Shown here piece by piece: positions 24,720 through 36,803 of a stretch of DNA of 64,000 nt. This DNA comes from a virus: the IMG/VR virus record IMGVR_UViG_3300032116_000025; one strand, 5' to 3'. A program made the translations under genes and the position numbers. Positions within the stretch are counted from its first letter, which is position 1. Each line of letters starts with the position of its first letter. A model generated the notes under the pieces. That model was not told where the DNA came from. It ran no database searches and was given only the letters and a program-made list of their open reading frames with translations.

Positions 24720-25832
24720 TCAGAAGCTGACAACCTGCGGGTAGAACTGGCGGTTGCCCGCACGGTTGTTCTGCGCGCCCAGGTTCTCCTCGCTCACCGG
24801 CGTAACCGAGGCAAGGATCGCGTTCGCGTTCGTCGTCGGGTTCGCGTCGCCGGAGTACAGCTCCAGCTTACGAACCGAGGCGATGTTCACGATCGACATG
24901 CCAACATCCTTCCAAGCGACAAACTTGATGATGTTGATGACCTTGTCGATGTAGAACTTGACCTGGTTGAGCACGTAGAAGCGCCCCAGGAAGTCCGGCG
25001 AGGTGAAGCAGTACACGTTGCCCGGGCGAAGGATGTCCGTCTTGATGGTACGGACATAGCGCTTGCCAAGAAGCAGGTTGTACTTGTAGCCGTTGACGAC
25101 CGTCTCCGACTGGATCTTGTCGCCCTGGTCCTCGACGGTCCACTGAAGGATGTCGTTCCAGTCCTGCGACGTCATAAGGATCATGTCCGACTCTAGGCGG
25201 TTGCCGTCGAGCAGCTTCATGAGCCGAACCACGTCGGGGCGCTGGATAGGACGAACAACCGCGTCGTTCGTGGCCGCGATACGAGCAAGCTCGCCCTTCG
25301 TGACCGAGAACTCCACGACCGAACCCGCGCCGATGGTGGCCGCGTTGAGCGCCGTAGCGACGCCACCGTTGGCCTCCGTCTGGAGGGCCTGAACCGCGCT
25401 CTCGATGTGAATCGTGAACTCGCGGTCCTGGATCTCGCCCAGGTCACGGACGGCGTTCTGCTCGATGACCTTCCCGATTGGGAAGGCGTAAGCAAGGAAC
25501 TCCTGCTCCGGCTTCTGGAACATCTCCGACATGATCGTGATGAAGGGAACCTCCACCTTCTCACCCCGGATGAAGTTCGCACGCGGCTCGCCACGGAACG
25601 TGACAACCATCGCGCGGCTGCGCGGCTCAAGGTACTCGATCTTCACGAGCGCGTCGTGATTGGTCGAGACCTGACACTGCGAGCGGTCGACGTTCTCGGG
25701 CGGCAGAACCCGCTCAACGAACGACGCCTCACGAAGGCGGTCCCGAATGTACCCACCGAAACGGGCAGCAATCTTGCTCTTTGCACCCGGATCGGAGAGC
25801 TGGCTGAGTAGCATCTCCTTGGCGTTCGACAT
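24720..25832 (-). CDS. major capsid protein (HK97 fold, putative)
   Basis: 370 aa with strong codon bias, after the protease/scaffold genes and followed by a terminator; IRDRLREASF..RVLPP and D....EDxxF-like (EIQDREF) patterns. Confidence 0.8.
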   Translation of the reverse strand: MSNAKEMLLSQLSDPGAKSKIAARFGGYIRDRLREASFVERVLPPENVDRSQCQVSTNHDALVKIEYLEPRSRAMVVTFRGEPRANFIRGEKVEVPFITIMSEMFQKPEQEFLAYAFPIGKVIEQNAVRDLGEIQDREFTIHIESAVQALQTEANGGVATALNAATIGAGSVVEFSVTKGELARIAATNDAVVRPIQRPDVVRLMKLLDGNRLESDMILMTSQDWNDILQWTVEDQGDKIQSETVVNGYKYNLLLGKRYVRTIKTDILRPGNVYCFTSPDFLGRFYVLNQVKFYIDKVINIIKFVAWKDVGMSIVNIASVRKLELYSGDANPTTNANAILASVTPVSEENLGAQNNRAGNRQFYPQVVSF

Positions 25833-25885
25833 GATGTGGTTCCTTTCCTTTCCTGGCCCTGGTTCTCTTTTGCCTTCCCTGGGGC

Positions 25886-26365
25886 TCAGGCGAAGGTCTG
25901 GATAAAGCGGAGGCGGTTACCGTTGCTGGCCGGAAGCCGCATGACGTAACCGAGCACGATGTTAGCGCCCGCGTGAGCCACAAGGCCCCAGCGCGCCACG
26001 CTGCCCGAAAGCGCGTTGTTCACAACGCCGCCCATGAGCGCCTGGCCAAGCGTGACGACACCGACGTTGTCAAAGACAACCGTGTCCGCCTCGAAGGTCG
26101 GGCCGATGATGGCCGAGAGCTTACGCGAGGCCTGAACACCGTAGTCGCCGCGATCCTCGATAACGAAGAAGCCCGGCTTCGCGGCGTCAGTCCCGCGCGC
26201 CCACTTGTACGACGAGTTGACCTGAACGATCTCACCGTCGATAAGGGGAACGGGCGAGGTGCCCTGGGGATTAAGCAGACCCACGTCTGCCACCTCAAGC
26301 GGCTTGCGCATAAGGCGGTCGAGGGTCGGCTGGATGATCTCGAACTTGCGATCAAACGATGCCAT
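25886..26365 (-). CDS. capsid decoration/cement protein (putative)
   Basis: 159 aa, beta-rich, immediately upstream of the MCP gene, strong codon bias. Confidence 0.55.
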   Translation of the reverse strand: MASFDRKFEIIQPTLDRLMRKPLEVADVGLLNPQGTSPVPLIDGEIVQVNSSYKWARGTDAAKPGFFVIEDRGDYGVQASRKLSAIIGPTFEADTVVFDNVGVVTLGQALMGGVVNNALSGSVARWGLVAHAGANIVLGYVMRLPASNGNRLRFIQTFA

Positions 26366-26415
26366 GGTGGTTCTCTCCTAGTTGCTTTCTTTACCTAGCC
26401 TTGGCCAGCCGAGCC

Positions 26416-26820
26416 TCAGCTGTAGGCGGACATTGTCTCTACGAAACCCTCTAACACATCACCGCTGTCACCGGCGGAGTAAAGCTCCCCGCTCGAAGCC
26501 CGCTTCTCGCCCGTCTGCGGCTGCTCGACGTGCCCGAGGCGGAACCCACCCGCTGTAAGCTCAACGGCCTCTTCTACGGCCGCTAGCTTAGTGACGGGAA
26601 GCTGCGCGATCTTCGCCACCTTCGACTCAAAGTCGAGCGCTGGCTCAATCCCGCGAACCTCCATACGGCGAGCAAGCTTCATCGTGCGAAGCTCGTGCCG
26701 AAGACCGTCGTTTTCCTCAGCAAGGCCGACGTTGGCCTCAGCTAGCTTACGCATGTGCTGCGCAGCCTCGTGAAGAACGCCGGGAACTTGCCCCGCTACC
26801 TTTGTCATCTTGTTACTCAT
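26416..26820 (-). CDS. scaffold-like head protein
   Basis: The ATG at 26820 follows SD GAGGA; helical, with several KxA motifs. Confidence 0.7.
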   Translation of the reverse strand: MSNKMTKVAGQVPGVLHEAAQHMRKLAEANVGLAEENDGLRHELRTMKLARRMEVRGIEPALDFESKVAKIAQLPVTKLAAVEEAVELTAGGFRLGHVEQPQTGEKRASSGELYSAGDSGDVLEGFVETMSAYS

Positions 26821-26828
26821 GCTGTTCC

Positions 26829-27002
26829 TCACTTCCTAAGCTGCGCAAAAACCTGACCAAGATGTTTGTCGTTGGCCGATTTTACAGCGGCTACAACTTG
26901 TTGAGCGTAAGCGCGCTCGTGAGTGTCCGCGTCTGGGTCTGACGCCACCTTTACTGCGCGCTCTAAGAACGCGCGGCCAAGATCAACGTTAGGGCGAGTC
27001 AT
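26829..27002 (-). CDS. small head-module protein (57 aa, not in ORF track)
   Basis: MTRPNVDLGRAFLERAVKVASD...VFAQLRK fills the gap exactly; carries a KVAS motif. Confidence 0.7.
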   Translation of the reverse strand: MTRPNVDLGRAFLERAVKVASDPDADTHERAYAQQVVAAVKSANDKHLGQVFAQLRK

Positions 27003-27014
27003 CGTTCCGATTCC

Positions 27015-28673
27015 TCACTTCCTAAGCTCCGCAAGCGTTTTGCTGCTGAGAATGCGGTCTTTCAGATCTTCAGCCGCCCAGGTTACAGACTTTGCACTCC
27101 TCCTCGGGTCTAGGTACTCTATCTTGCGCCCCCCCTGCTCGATAGCATCCGCCACTCGGCGGCCCGCTGAAGCAGCACCTTCCCCGGCACTACGTACTGC
27201 TAGCCCAGCGCGCTGGACGGCTTGTCCGGTACCAGCTAGCGCGCGATCTGTAGCGGTGAGTAGGCCACGACCAGCCTTTCCGGCCAGGTGCTTTGCGGCA
27301 TCCGCAACGCCCGCTTCTTTCAACCGTTCAGCGTCAATGGTGGTTAAGGCGGAGGTCTTTTCACGCGCCTTCTGCTCAAGGAAAGCACGCGCAGCCTCCC
27401 GGCGTCCACGATCCCAATCCGCGTACGCGGGCCCGCCCCAGAAGTACTTTGCGCCAGACGGCCGAGCGTTAAGAATGTCCCGAGCCGCCGACTCGGTCAT
27501 CTCATTCTTGGCTTGGTGCTTTTTGTACGCCTGCTGGTACTTTTCGGACTTGAACTCAGCCTTGGCCTTCTGTTTTTCGGATAGGCCTTTGCTCTCGGCT
27601 TTCGCCTTGAGCTTCTCAAGCTTCTCCTCCCACGACTTGGCCGTCTTCTCACTTCCGCCGAAAGGGAGGCCGAGTGCTTCTCCCACAGCGTCAAGCGAGG
27701 AAACCTTCAGGCCGTCAGTACGAAGAGTGTGGGCCGCCACGGCGTTATCCTGCCGCGGGGTCTCCGACAGATACTCAGACGTAGTGCGGACTGAGCGATC
27801 CTTCGCCTGAGCCCTGCTCATGGCAATGAGGCCAGCGTTATCCGGAATCATGCTGGACTCGCCGGGCTCCGTGCTCATACGGAAGCTCTCGTTGTGGGCC
27901 GGAAGCTCCGGGGGAGGTGAGGAAGGGTCCTGCGCCTGCTTGTAGACCTCTTGCATGAGCGCCTCAGCCGCCTTGGTCTGGCCAAGGCGAGAAAGCAGCT
28001 CAGCCTGGGCGACCTTGGCGCGAAGAACCCGCTCCGAAGCCTCCTTGCTGCGTGTCCAGCCGGCGGTCTTGCCCGTGTTATTCGGGGGCATCTGACCGTC
28101 AAGCTTGCCCGTGTGGTCAGCCTTGCTCGTCGGAAGGTCCGAGTTGCTGAGCGACGGGCCGGAAATGCGGCCCGACACTGTAGACTGAGCGCGCGGGTGT
28201 GCAGTCTGCTCCCCGATGAACCCGCTAGACATTACGTCTGGGCCGGGGGCGCTTAATGGCGATGTACCCGCACCCCCGGTGCCCACCGTAACGGGCGACG
28301 GGTGCGTGGAGGGATCAGTGTCCGCAGCCAGCTTTGCGACAAGGTAGGCGCTTTGCTCAAGCGCGGTCGCAAGCTTCAGCCCATAGGCGGCGTCATCCCG
28401 AATACGAAGGGCGCTCTCCTTCTTTTCATGCTCCCCGTGCTCGTGGTGCATGGAGCGCTCGTGCTCCTTCATGATCTTCTTTGCGCCCTCACGCTCCTTC
28501 TTGGAGAAGGAATCCTCCTCCGAAGCAGCGGTCTTGGCCCGGGGCTCCGCCAGCTCAGCAGCGAGGAAGTCCCCTGAGTCTACAGTCGTAGCGTCGTAGG
28601 CAGACGCAATCTTGAGGTTCCTGTCAGCGTCAGACAGGGCCGAGTTCACGATCTCGCTTAGGGACTTACCCAT
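27015..28673 (-). CDS. scaffold/core-like head protein, KxA-rich
   Basis: 552 aa, low complexity, SD AGGAGA, many KxA/S motifs. Confidence 0.8.
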   Translation of the reverse strand: MGKSLSEIVNSALSDADRNLKIASAYDATTVDSGDFLAAELAEPRAKTAASEEDSFSKKEREGAKKIMKEHERSMHHEHGEHEKKESALRIRDDAAYGLKLATALEQSAYLVAKLAADTDPSTHPSPVTVGTGGAGTSPLSAPGPDVMSSGFIGEQTAHPRAQSTVSGRISGPSLSNSDLPTSKADHTGKLDGQMPPNNTGKTAGWTRSKEASERVLRAKVAQAELLSRLGQTKAAEALMQEVYKQAQDPSSPPPELPAHNESFRMSTEPGESSMIPDNAGLIAMSRAQAKDRSVRTTSEYLSETPRQDNAVAAHTLRTDGLKVSSLDAVGEALGLPFGGSEKTAKSWEEKLEKLKAKAESKGLSEKQKAKAEFKSEKYQQAYKKHQAKNEMTESAARDILNARPSGAKYFWGGPAYADWDRGRREAARAFLEQKAREKTSALTTIDAERLKEAGVADAAKHLAGKAGRGLLTATDRALAGTGQAVQRAGLAVRSAGEGAASAGRRVADAIEQGGRKIEYLDPRRSAKSVTWAAEDLKDRILSSKTLAELRK

Positions 28674-28683
28674 GGTGCTCTCC

Positions 28684-28896
28684 TCACACTGGCGGTGATT
28701 GAATGGCTTTTTGTGAAGTGATCATGTCTGGCACGGTACCGCTTGTTGGCGGGTTGGGCTGGGAGTATTCCTGCCTGCGGCGGTTGTACCCCTCCAAAGC
28801 CCGCTGCGAGTCACCTACCCCGTAGGGCTCCATCATGGCGGACTGAGCCTCCTTGATGAAGCTGTCGATCATCTCTACGGGATAGGTGGTTCGCAT
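28684..28896 (-). CDS. small head-module protein
   Basis: 70 aa, MIDSFIKEA motif, fills the operon gap. Confidence 0.65.
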   Translation of the reverse strand: MRTTYPVEMIDSFIKEAQSAMMEPYGVGDSQRALEGYNRRRQEYSQPNPPTSGTVPDMITSQKAIQSPPV

Positions 28897-28910
28897 GGGT
28901 ACCTGCTAGG

Positions 28911-29819
28911 TCACTCCACCCAGCCGCTCTCCTTAAGGATTTCAAGCGCACGGATACGCACGAGGTCGTCGTCCGACGCAACCTTGCCGGTGTCCGGGTC
29001 GATCCCGTTGTCAACGAGAGCCTGACGCGCCATCTCCAGCGCGGCCGCCTCAATCGCTGACTCCTTATCCATGTCCTGCATCATCTTGCGCTTCTGCTTC
29101 GAGCGGCCCACGCCCTTACCGACCATGTAGGCGCCGCCGGTCGTAGCCGTGCCAAGCGCGAGGCCACCCTTGTGCTCCTTGGCGAAGTCAAGAGCCTTGT
29201 CGGTGTTGCGACCGACAAAGTCCTTAGCCTTCGACAGGCCACCCTTGATGCTCTCGTAAACGCCCTTAGCGGCCTCGGTCTTCGCGTCGCTGGCCAGCTT
29301 GTACTGCTCGTCAACAAACGCGCGCGCCATAAGGCGGCCGATAGCGTCAGCCTCGGCGACCTTCGCCTCTACCTCGGCGTTCGCCATCTTCTCAGCCTCG
29401 TACTCCGGGCTGGTCATCGCGGCGGCCATACGGTCAAAGGCCTCGTGGTACGCCTCGCGGCTAACCTCGTTAAGGTCGATGCCGTTCGCCGCCGCGTACT
29501 TGCCAAGCTCGGCAGCAACGTCGGCAAACGTAACGGTGTCGGGGATGCCCGCCTTCTTCTCTGAGGTCTCACGCTTCTCACGCTTCTCCGCGTGCTCCTT
29601 GCGCTCCTCCTCCTCGGACTCAGCGGCCTCATGGTCAGCGGCGAGCTTGCTGGGCATAAGCTCAACGATAAGCTCGGCCACCTGGTCGTCTGTAAGAAGA
29701 CTGAGATCCACGCCCTGATCGAGGGCGACCTTCTCTAACACCTGGGCAGCGGTAGCCAGCTCCGCGTCAAGGTCGGTGCCCGCGGTGTCCTGCTCAAAGA
29801 TCTCTCGGATATCATCCAT
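28911..29819 (-). CDS. scaffold-like acidic head protein
   Basis: 302 aa, acidic and helical, directly after the protease; many KxA motifs; one Gly-rich helix. Confidence 0.75.
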   Translation of the reverse strand: MDDIREIFEQDTAGTDLDAELATAAQVLEKVALDQGVDLSLLTDDQVAELIVELMPSKLAADHEAAESEEEERKEHAEKREKRETSEKKAGIPDTVTFADVAAELGKYAAANGIDLNEVSREAYHEAFDRMAAAMTSPEYEAEKMANAEVEAKVAEADAIGRLMARAFVDEQYKLASDAKTEAAKGVYESIKGGLSKAKDFVGRNTDKALDFAKEHKGGLALGTATTGGAYMVGKGVGRSKQKRKMMQDMDKESAIEAAALEMARQALVDNGIDPDTGKVASDDDLVRIRALEILKESGWVE

Positions 29820-29887
29820 GGTTGTCTCCGTATCTCTCTACCTGTAGATCCTTTGGTCCTCGGCGGCGCGGAGCTGCCTATAAAGGA

Positions 29888-31657
29888 TCAAACCATCAGC
29901 CCCGCTTTGCCGAAAAGGTGCTCCGCAGCCTGCACCAAACTACTTGTCTTGTCGACTAGCATAGTTTGACGGAGGGCAGCTCCAATGGTGTGCATCGCTT
30001 CAAACGAGCCGTTGTCTGCGATGAGTTTAGCCATTTTGCTGATCTGGGATCCCTCTTCGCCAGAGCGACGAAGATGCGATGAAATAAACTGTATCATAGG
30101 CCCGTGACCTAGGAGAAGTTCTCCGAGGTCCGGTTCAACCTGCGCACCCTCAGCTCCGGAGAGTAAGTCTAGGTCCAGATACTCTGCGGACTTTGGGAAT
30201 AGAGAATGCGCCTGTTCTAGTACAGAAATTCGGTAGCCGTTGTACATCTCCGCAACCTTGTTTAGGAGCGGAGCGTTCAACTCTACGCGCCGAGATGAAG
30301 CAAGCTTTGGCCCGCTCTCAGACATGCGGCGCATGAGGAACGGGTCGAAGCTTGAACGCTCGTCCATTAGGGCGGAAAAAGCCGAAGCAAGCTTGGCGTC
30401 GTAGTGTTGAGGAGAAACTGCGTATGTGTTGTCTACGCCAGGGGCTCGGGTGTCGAACGTAGCGTTACGCTCGTCCAACGCCTTCTTGAGCAGATCGCCA
30501 CCCTCCATCCCCGGCAACACCAAAGACTGGAACTCTCCGGGGGTAGGAATGATGCCAAGAGCAGCGAGGGTGGACAGCACCTTTCGTGGGTCAGAGCCCG
30601 ACCCACGAACAATAACGCTCATGCTCAGCTCTGGCGTGGTGTCCGCATCCCTAAACGCGGCCTCAGAAACGCCGCCAGGGATTTCCTTCTCAATCATCGA
30701 ACGCTTTGTCGATGCGTGAGACACCTTAGCCGAAAGCATGTTGAGGAGTTTCTCCAGCATACCGGCTGGAGGCCCTAAGCGCGGGGCAGACACTGGAGCA
30801 TCTGGAGAGGACAGATGCCACATCACGCGGGCCGTTCGGTCTGCGCCAATCCAAACGAAGCTAATGTCAAAGAAGCGGGGGAAGTCGTTGTACACGAAGA
30901 CCTTGCGGCCATCCGGGTACACCTTCCCGCCCTCGTTGATCATGTGCTGGCAGTAGTCAACCTTAGTCACCGCCAAGCCCCGGATCGGCCGGACCTTTCG
31001 GTGGTACTCAAGGATTGCGATTCCTGGGTGCCGATGGCGGGACTCGTCGTAAGTCTTCCAGGCTTTTTTGACTTCGTTCCAGTCTGTACAGATGGAACAA
31101 AGGTCAAAAGGAACCTTACACCCCATGCTTACGTCGACGCGCTCTCCCGCGCGAACTCGGTCAAGAATGGAGGTGTGGCCTTTCTTCTGGGCCTCTTCGT
31201 TGAACACGCGCTTGACCAGCTCAACCCGCTTCATGGCTGGGTTGAGCGTCGCAAAGATCACGTCACCAAAGCCCAACTGCTGCGGGTCCGTGTTCTTGTG
31301 GTGCGCGTATACGGTAGCTCCGTAGAAGCAAGGGTAGCCGTAGGGCCAAGCCTTCCCCTTCATACGGTCAGCTTCAGCGTTACACCCGATGTCGTCCCAC
31401 GAGTGTAAGAGCCCGTTGAAGTCTAAGTGAGAGTTGTAGCCGTACCAGTCTTTGTTGGAGTTGGCTCCGTAAAACTCGGAGTACCCCATCGCGTTACAAA
31501 GAACGTACGTGTACCGGGGGTCTGGCTTTAAGCAGTCACAGAACTTCTGTGCCTCTGGAGCAAGCCCCGCCACCTTCTCCATCTCACCCGGACGAAGAAC
31601 ACGGACGAGGGGCTCCCCGTCGTGCTCCCCCGCGAAGTATGACCGCTTGATAAGCAT
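29888..31657 (-). CDS. prohead (capsid maturation) serine protease with Zn-binding insertion
   Basis: N.NKD, VYAHHKN, VSMGCKV...CSIC...YCQH, FFDISFV..GADRTA; upstream of the scaffold and MCP genes. Confidence 0.8.
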   Translation of the reverse strand: MLIKRSYFAGEHDGEPLVRVLRPGEMEKVAGLAPEAQKFCDCLKPDPRYTYVLCNAMGYSEFYGANSNKDWYGYNSHLDFNGLLHSWDDIGCNAEADRMKGKAWPYGYPCFYGATVYAHHKNTDPQQLGFGDVIFATLNPAMKRVELVKRVFNEEAQKKGHTSILDRVRAGERVDVSMGCKVPFDLCSICTDWNEVKKAWKTYDESRHRHPGIAILEYHRKVRPIRGLAVTKVDYCQHMINEGGKVYPDGRKVFVYNDFPRFFDISFVWIGADRTARVMWHLSSPDAPVSAPRLGPPAGMLEKLLNMLSAKVSHASTKRSMIEKEIPGGVSEAAFRDADTTPELSMSVIVRGSGSDPRKVLSTLAALGIIPTPGEFQSLVLPGMEGGDLLKKALDERNATFDTRAPGVDNTYAVSPQHYDAKLASAFSALMDERSSFDPFLMRRMSESGPKLASSRRVELNAPLLNKVAEMYNGYRISVLEQAHSLFPKSAEYLDLDLLSGAEGAQVEPDLGELLLGHGPMIQFISSHLRRSGEEGSQISKMAKLIADNGSFEAMHTIGAALRQTMLVDKTSSLVQAAEHLFGKAGLMV

Positions 31658-32475
31658 CAGGGATTTGTGCGGAAGACAGACCGAATGCGGCCAAGCAGAG
31701 ACTGCTGTGCCGGTGTAGCTGGCGGCGCTGAAGGCGGGCTGGAGGGAACGTTCCCCAGCATCTGAAGCGCTCGCTGTCGGCGGTTCTCTAGCTGCTCAAT
31801 CTCCCGCGTAGCCCTATCTACCGCAGCACGCTGCGCCTCAACCGCGCGCTCCCGCTGGAACTTGTTTACCTGATCCTCAAACTTCTCTTTTTCCCTGCGA
31901 AGAGCTGCGAGCGGCTGAGCCTTCTGCTCTGCCTGAATGTCCTTTACCGCCTCAAAGCCACCCTGAACAGCTCGTTGGGCAGCCTCTCCCCAAGAACTGC
32001 GCATCTTCCGCTCCTTCTCCAGAGAAGAAACGATGGAGGCGCGGCCTTGAGAAAGCTCTGACACTTGCTTGGCAAGAGCAACCATTGGTTGGTCCATGCC
32101 GTAGGCGCTTTGAGCTTCAATAGTGCTGTGAACCAGCGCGCCCGCCACCATGGGGTCGTTCATGAAGTGGGGGTTAGCGGCGTGAAGGCTGCTAAACACG
32201 CGCTTCACCGTGGTTTGGTCCTGGTCACGGAGCGTCGGGTTTAGCTGCAACATCCCACGGAACGTGTCGTTCTTTTTCTTAGCGTCCGCCAGACGGGTCA
32301 CTAACGACTGAGCGCCACCAACAGCGGCACCTACACCCATCATGGCTAGCGGAGCCAAGAACGCAGGGTGCCGGACAATGTCGCTGATTAAACTGGGCGG
32401 AGGAGCATTGGCAGTCTTTGTAGCCTCTACCAGCGCGTGCGCGACTTTAGTGTGCTGTGAGTAACGAATTGCCAC
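31657..32475 (-). CDS. virion-associated protein with N-terminal hydrophobic helix and coiled coil
   Basis: HALVEATKTA, then AFLAPLAMMGVGAAVGGA. Confidence 0.75.
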   Translation of the reverse strand: MAIRYSQHTKVAHALVEATKTANAPPPSLISDIVRHPAFLAPLAMMGVGAAVGGAQSLVTRLADAKKKNDTFRGMLQLNPTLRDQDQTTVKRVFSSLHAANPHFMNDPMVAGALVHSTIEAQSAYGMDQPMVALAKQVSELSQGRASIVSSLEKERKMRSSWGEAAQRAVQGGFEAVKDIQAEQKAQPLAALRREKEKFEDQVNKFQRERAVEAQRAAVDRATREIEQLENRRQRALQMLGNVPSSPPSAPPATPAQQSLLGRIRSVFRTNP

Positions 32476-32490
32476 AAAAACCTCTGTAGG

Positions 32491-32808
32491 TCAGTAACCC
32501 TGTGGATAGCCCGCGCCCGGAGAGATTAGACCATGGCGCGCGCGCCACTGGTCTACCCGGTTTGCTCCTGCGGTTAGGCCAGACTTAGCAAGCTGGGCGC
32601 CCCCAAGCAGAGTACCACCTACAGCAAGTCCGACGCCGAGGTTTTTGGGCGCACCAAGGCTTTCAGCAAACCGGCCGCCATGCTCACCCACATGACTGAT
32701 GACGTCCATCGTGCCGTGAGCAAGCTGCTTTAGCGCAGAGGCGGCAGTCTCTGATTTGCCTGCGGTCTTGAGCAACGCGCGCGCAATAGCGTGTCCACGA
32801 GAGGTCAT
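32491..32808 (-). CDS. small Gly-rich membrane-type virion protein
   Basis: ARALLKTAG, then LGVGLAVGGTLLGGA. Confidence 0.7.
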   Translation of the reverse strand: MTSRGHAIARALLKTAGKSETAASALKQLAHGTMDVISHVGEHGGRFAESLGAPKNLGVGLAVGGTLLGGAQLAKSGLTAGANRVDQWRARHGLISPGAGYPQGY

Positions 32809-33599
32809 GAGGTCCTCCGGTTGGCCTTGATCCAGTTGCTAACCTTGTGCAACTCCGCCTCTAGTTCGGTGAGCGCCCGCTGGTGGGCCTCGTAGCTATG
32901 CGCGGACTTAGAGAAGTCCGCAAACGTACGAACTACAGAAGAGCGAGGGCTGATCTCTCGCCCAGCTACCTTTGTTCCGTCACCGTGCATAAGGTGGCTA
33001 AGCTTACCAAACGCCAGCTTTGCAAGCTCTGCGTCTACCTTGGCCCAAGCAGAGAAGATCTCGCCGGAGGTGGCCCCTTGGAGTGAAGCTGCCTTCACCT
33101 CACCAGATAGAGAAACTAGGTGCTCGTTCATATCGCCGCGAGCAGCCTCGTAGTTCTGCGTAACCTCGTCGTGAGCAGCACGAAGCCGGTCACTCAGGGC
33201 GTGCACATCCCCGCGCACCCCGTCTGCCGTTCGAGCCGAATCCACAAAGGAGAACGAAGAGGTCTTAAACTGCTCAGGAGGCATCGAGTACTCAAGCACG
33301 TCGATTGTTACCTCCCGGGGCCGCGCCCCGTCGTTAAGAGCTTGTAGCACGGCAGCTGGGTCCGCAGGCCCACCGTCAATGTGAACCGCGCGCATGGAAC
33401 CGGAGGTCGAGGCGAACTTACGATTAAACGCCTCAACATTTGCCTGCTCCACCACGCGCCGAACCTGCTCGGAGTTAAGCTTTACATGCCCAATCGTGTG
33501 AACGACGGCTTCGGTAAGGCTTAGATCTCCGGTCTCGGCAAGCCGTGCGGCTTGCTTTCCGAGGTTTTCGAAGGTCATAGCATCCATGGGGGTATCCAT
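32805..33599 (-). CDS. head-module protein, KxA-rich
   Basis: 264 aa; LNSEQVRRVVEQAN; first gene of the minus-strand head operon. Confidence 0.8.
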   Translation of the reverse strand: MDTPMDAMTFENLGKQAARLAETGDLSLTEAVVHTIGHVKLNSEQVRRVVEQANVEAFNRKFASTSGSMRAVHIDGGPADPAAVLQALNDGARPREVTIDVLEYSMPPEQFKTSSFSFVDSARTADGVRGDVHALSDRLRAAHDEVTQNYEAARGDMNEHLVSLSGEVKAASLQGATSGEIFSAWAKVDAELAKLAFGKLSHLMHGDGTKVAGREISPRSSVVRTFADFSKSAHSYEAHQRALTELEAELHKVSNWIKANRRTS

Positions 33600-33657
33600 T
33601 TTTCTGGATCTGTTATTAGGGTAGCGTATCTAGGCCCTCCAGGGAAACCCAGTACAC

Positions 33658-36055
<2,398 letters not shown>

Positions 36056-36072
36056 AATTAATGGGGAATACG

Positions 36073-36080
36073 CCTATAAG
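36073..36080 (+). promoter_or_regulatory. CCTATAAG putative phage promoter core
   Basis: Upstream of the 36127 gene. Confidence 0.7.
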
Positions 36081-36126
36081 TTATTGGTAGGAAGCTTGGA
36101 TCCCTCCTACTAGAAAGAAAGCATGC

Positions 36127-36759
36127 ATGTCTAACAACAATCAGCAGCAGCCGAACATTCAGACCGCAATGACCGACCTGGGCAACCAGGTTGCAAAGGC
36201 GGACAACCGGATGGCAAACATGGACGCCCAGCTCGCTAACCTGGCGACCACCTTGAACGCGCTGCACGCGTTCGTGCAGCAGCAGCAGCAGATGATGCCC
36301 GCTGTCCCGCAGATGCCTGCGCCTGTCGCGCAGATGCCTGCGCCTGTCCCGGGCCTTCAGGTCGTGCAGCTGAGTCCAGCTCAGCTGCAACAGCTGCAGC
36401 AGGCGGGGCCAGTCGGGGTGATCCCGACAAACGGGGTGGCCCACGTTCCCACCCCGGCGCAGCCGGGCCGTTTCGTATTCGGATCTCACCAGGCCGCCGT
36501 AGGCGCCATCGGGACGGCCATGGCCGCCCCGATGGTCTCCGGGGGTGTCCCCCCGGAGGTTGCGTCCATGATCGCAATGCAGCAGGCTCGCTCTACTCTG
36601 TCCGCTCTCAGCAATGCAGGGACGTTCGTCCTGCCAGATGCCCCCGCTGGATTCCAGTGGAAGTGGTACCACGTGCTCGGGATCGGGCTCGTCTGCGCCC
36701 TTGTGGGCGCGGGTGGGGTATACGCCTATAATCGGTGGTTCACCGACCAGACGAAGTGA
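36127..36759 (+). CDS. Q/P-rich membrane-anchored protein
   Basis: N-terminal coiled coil, QMPAPV repeats, C-terminal TM segment (VLGIGLVCALVGAGGVYAY). Confidence 0.75.
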   Translation: MSNNNQQQPNIQTAMTDLGNQVAKADNRMANMDAQLANLATTLNALHAFVQQQQQMMPAVPQMPAPVAQMPAPVPGLQVVQLSPAQLQQLQQAGPVGVIPTNGVAHVPTPAQPGRFVFGSHQAAVGAIGTAMAAPMVSGGVPPEVASMIAMQQARSTLSALSNAGTFVLPDAPAGFQWKWYHVLGIGLVCALVGAGGVYAYNRWFTDQTK

Positions 36760-36765
36760 ACCACT

Positions 36766-36803
36766 GAGAGGGGGCAGCAGTTGCTGCCCCCTCTCTTTTT
36801 GCC
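36766..36803. terminator. hairpin terminator between convergent genes (+ TTTTTGCC)
   Basis: Inverted repeat GAGAGGGGGCAGCA/TGCTGCCCCCTCTC. Confidence 0.85.

Noticed and set aside
29877-29884. CCTATAAA on the plus strand within the head operon
   Set aside because: Mismatch at the conserved final G and no plus-strand gene downstream.
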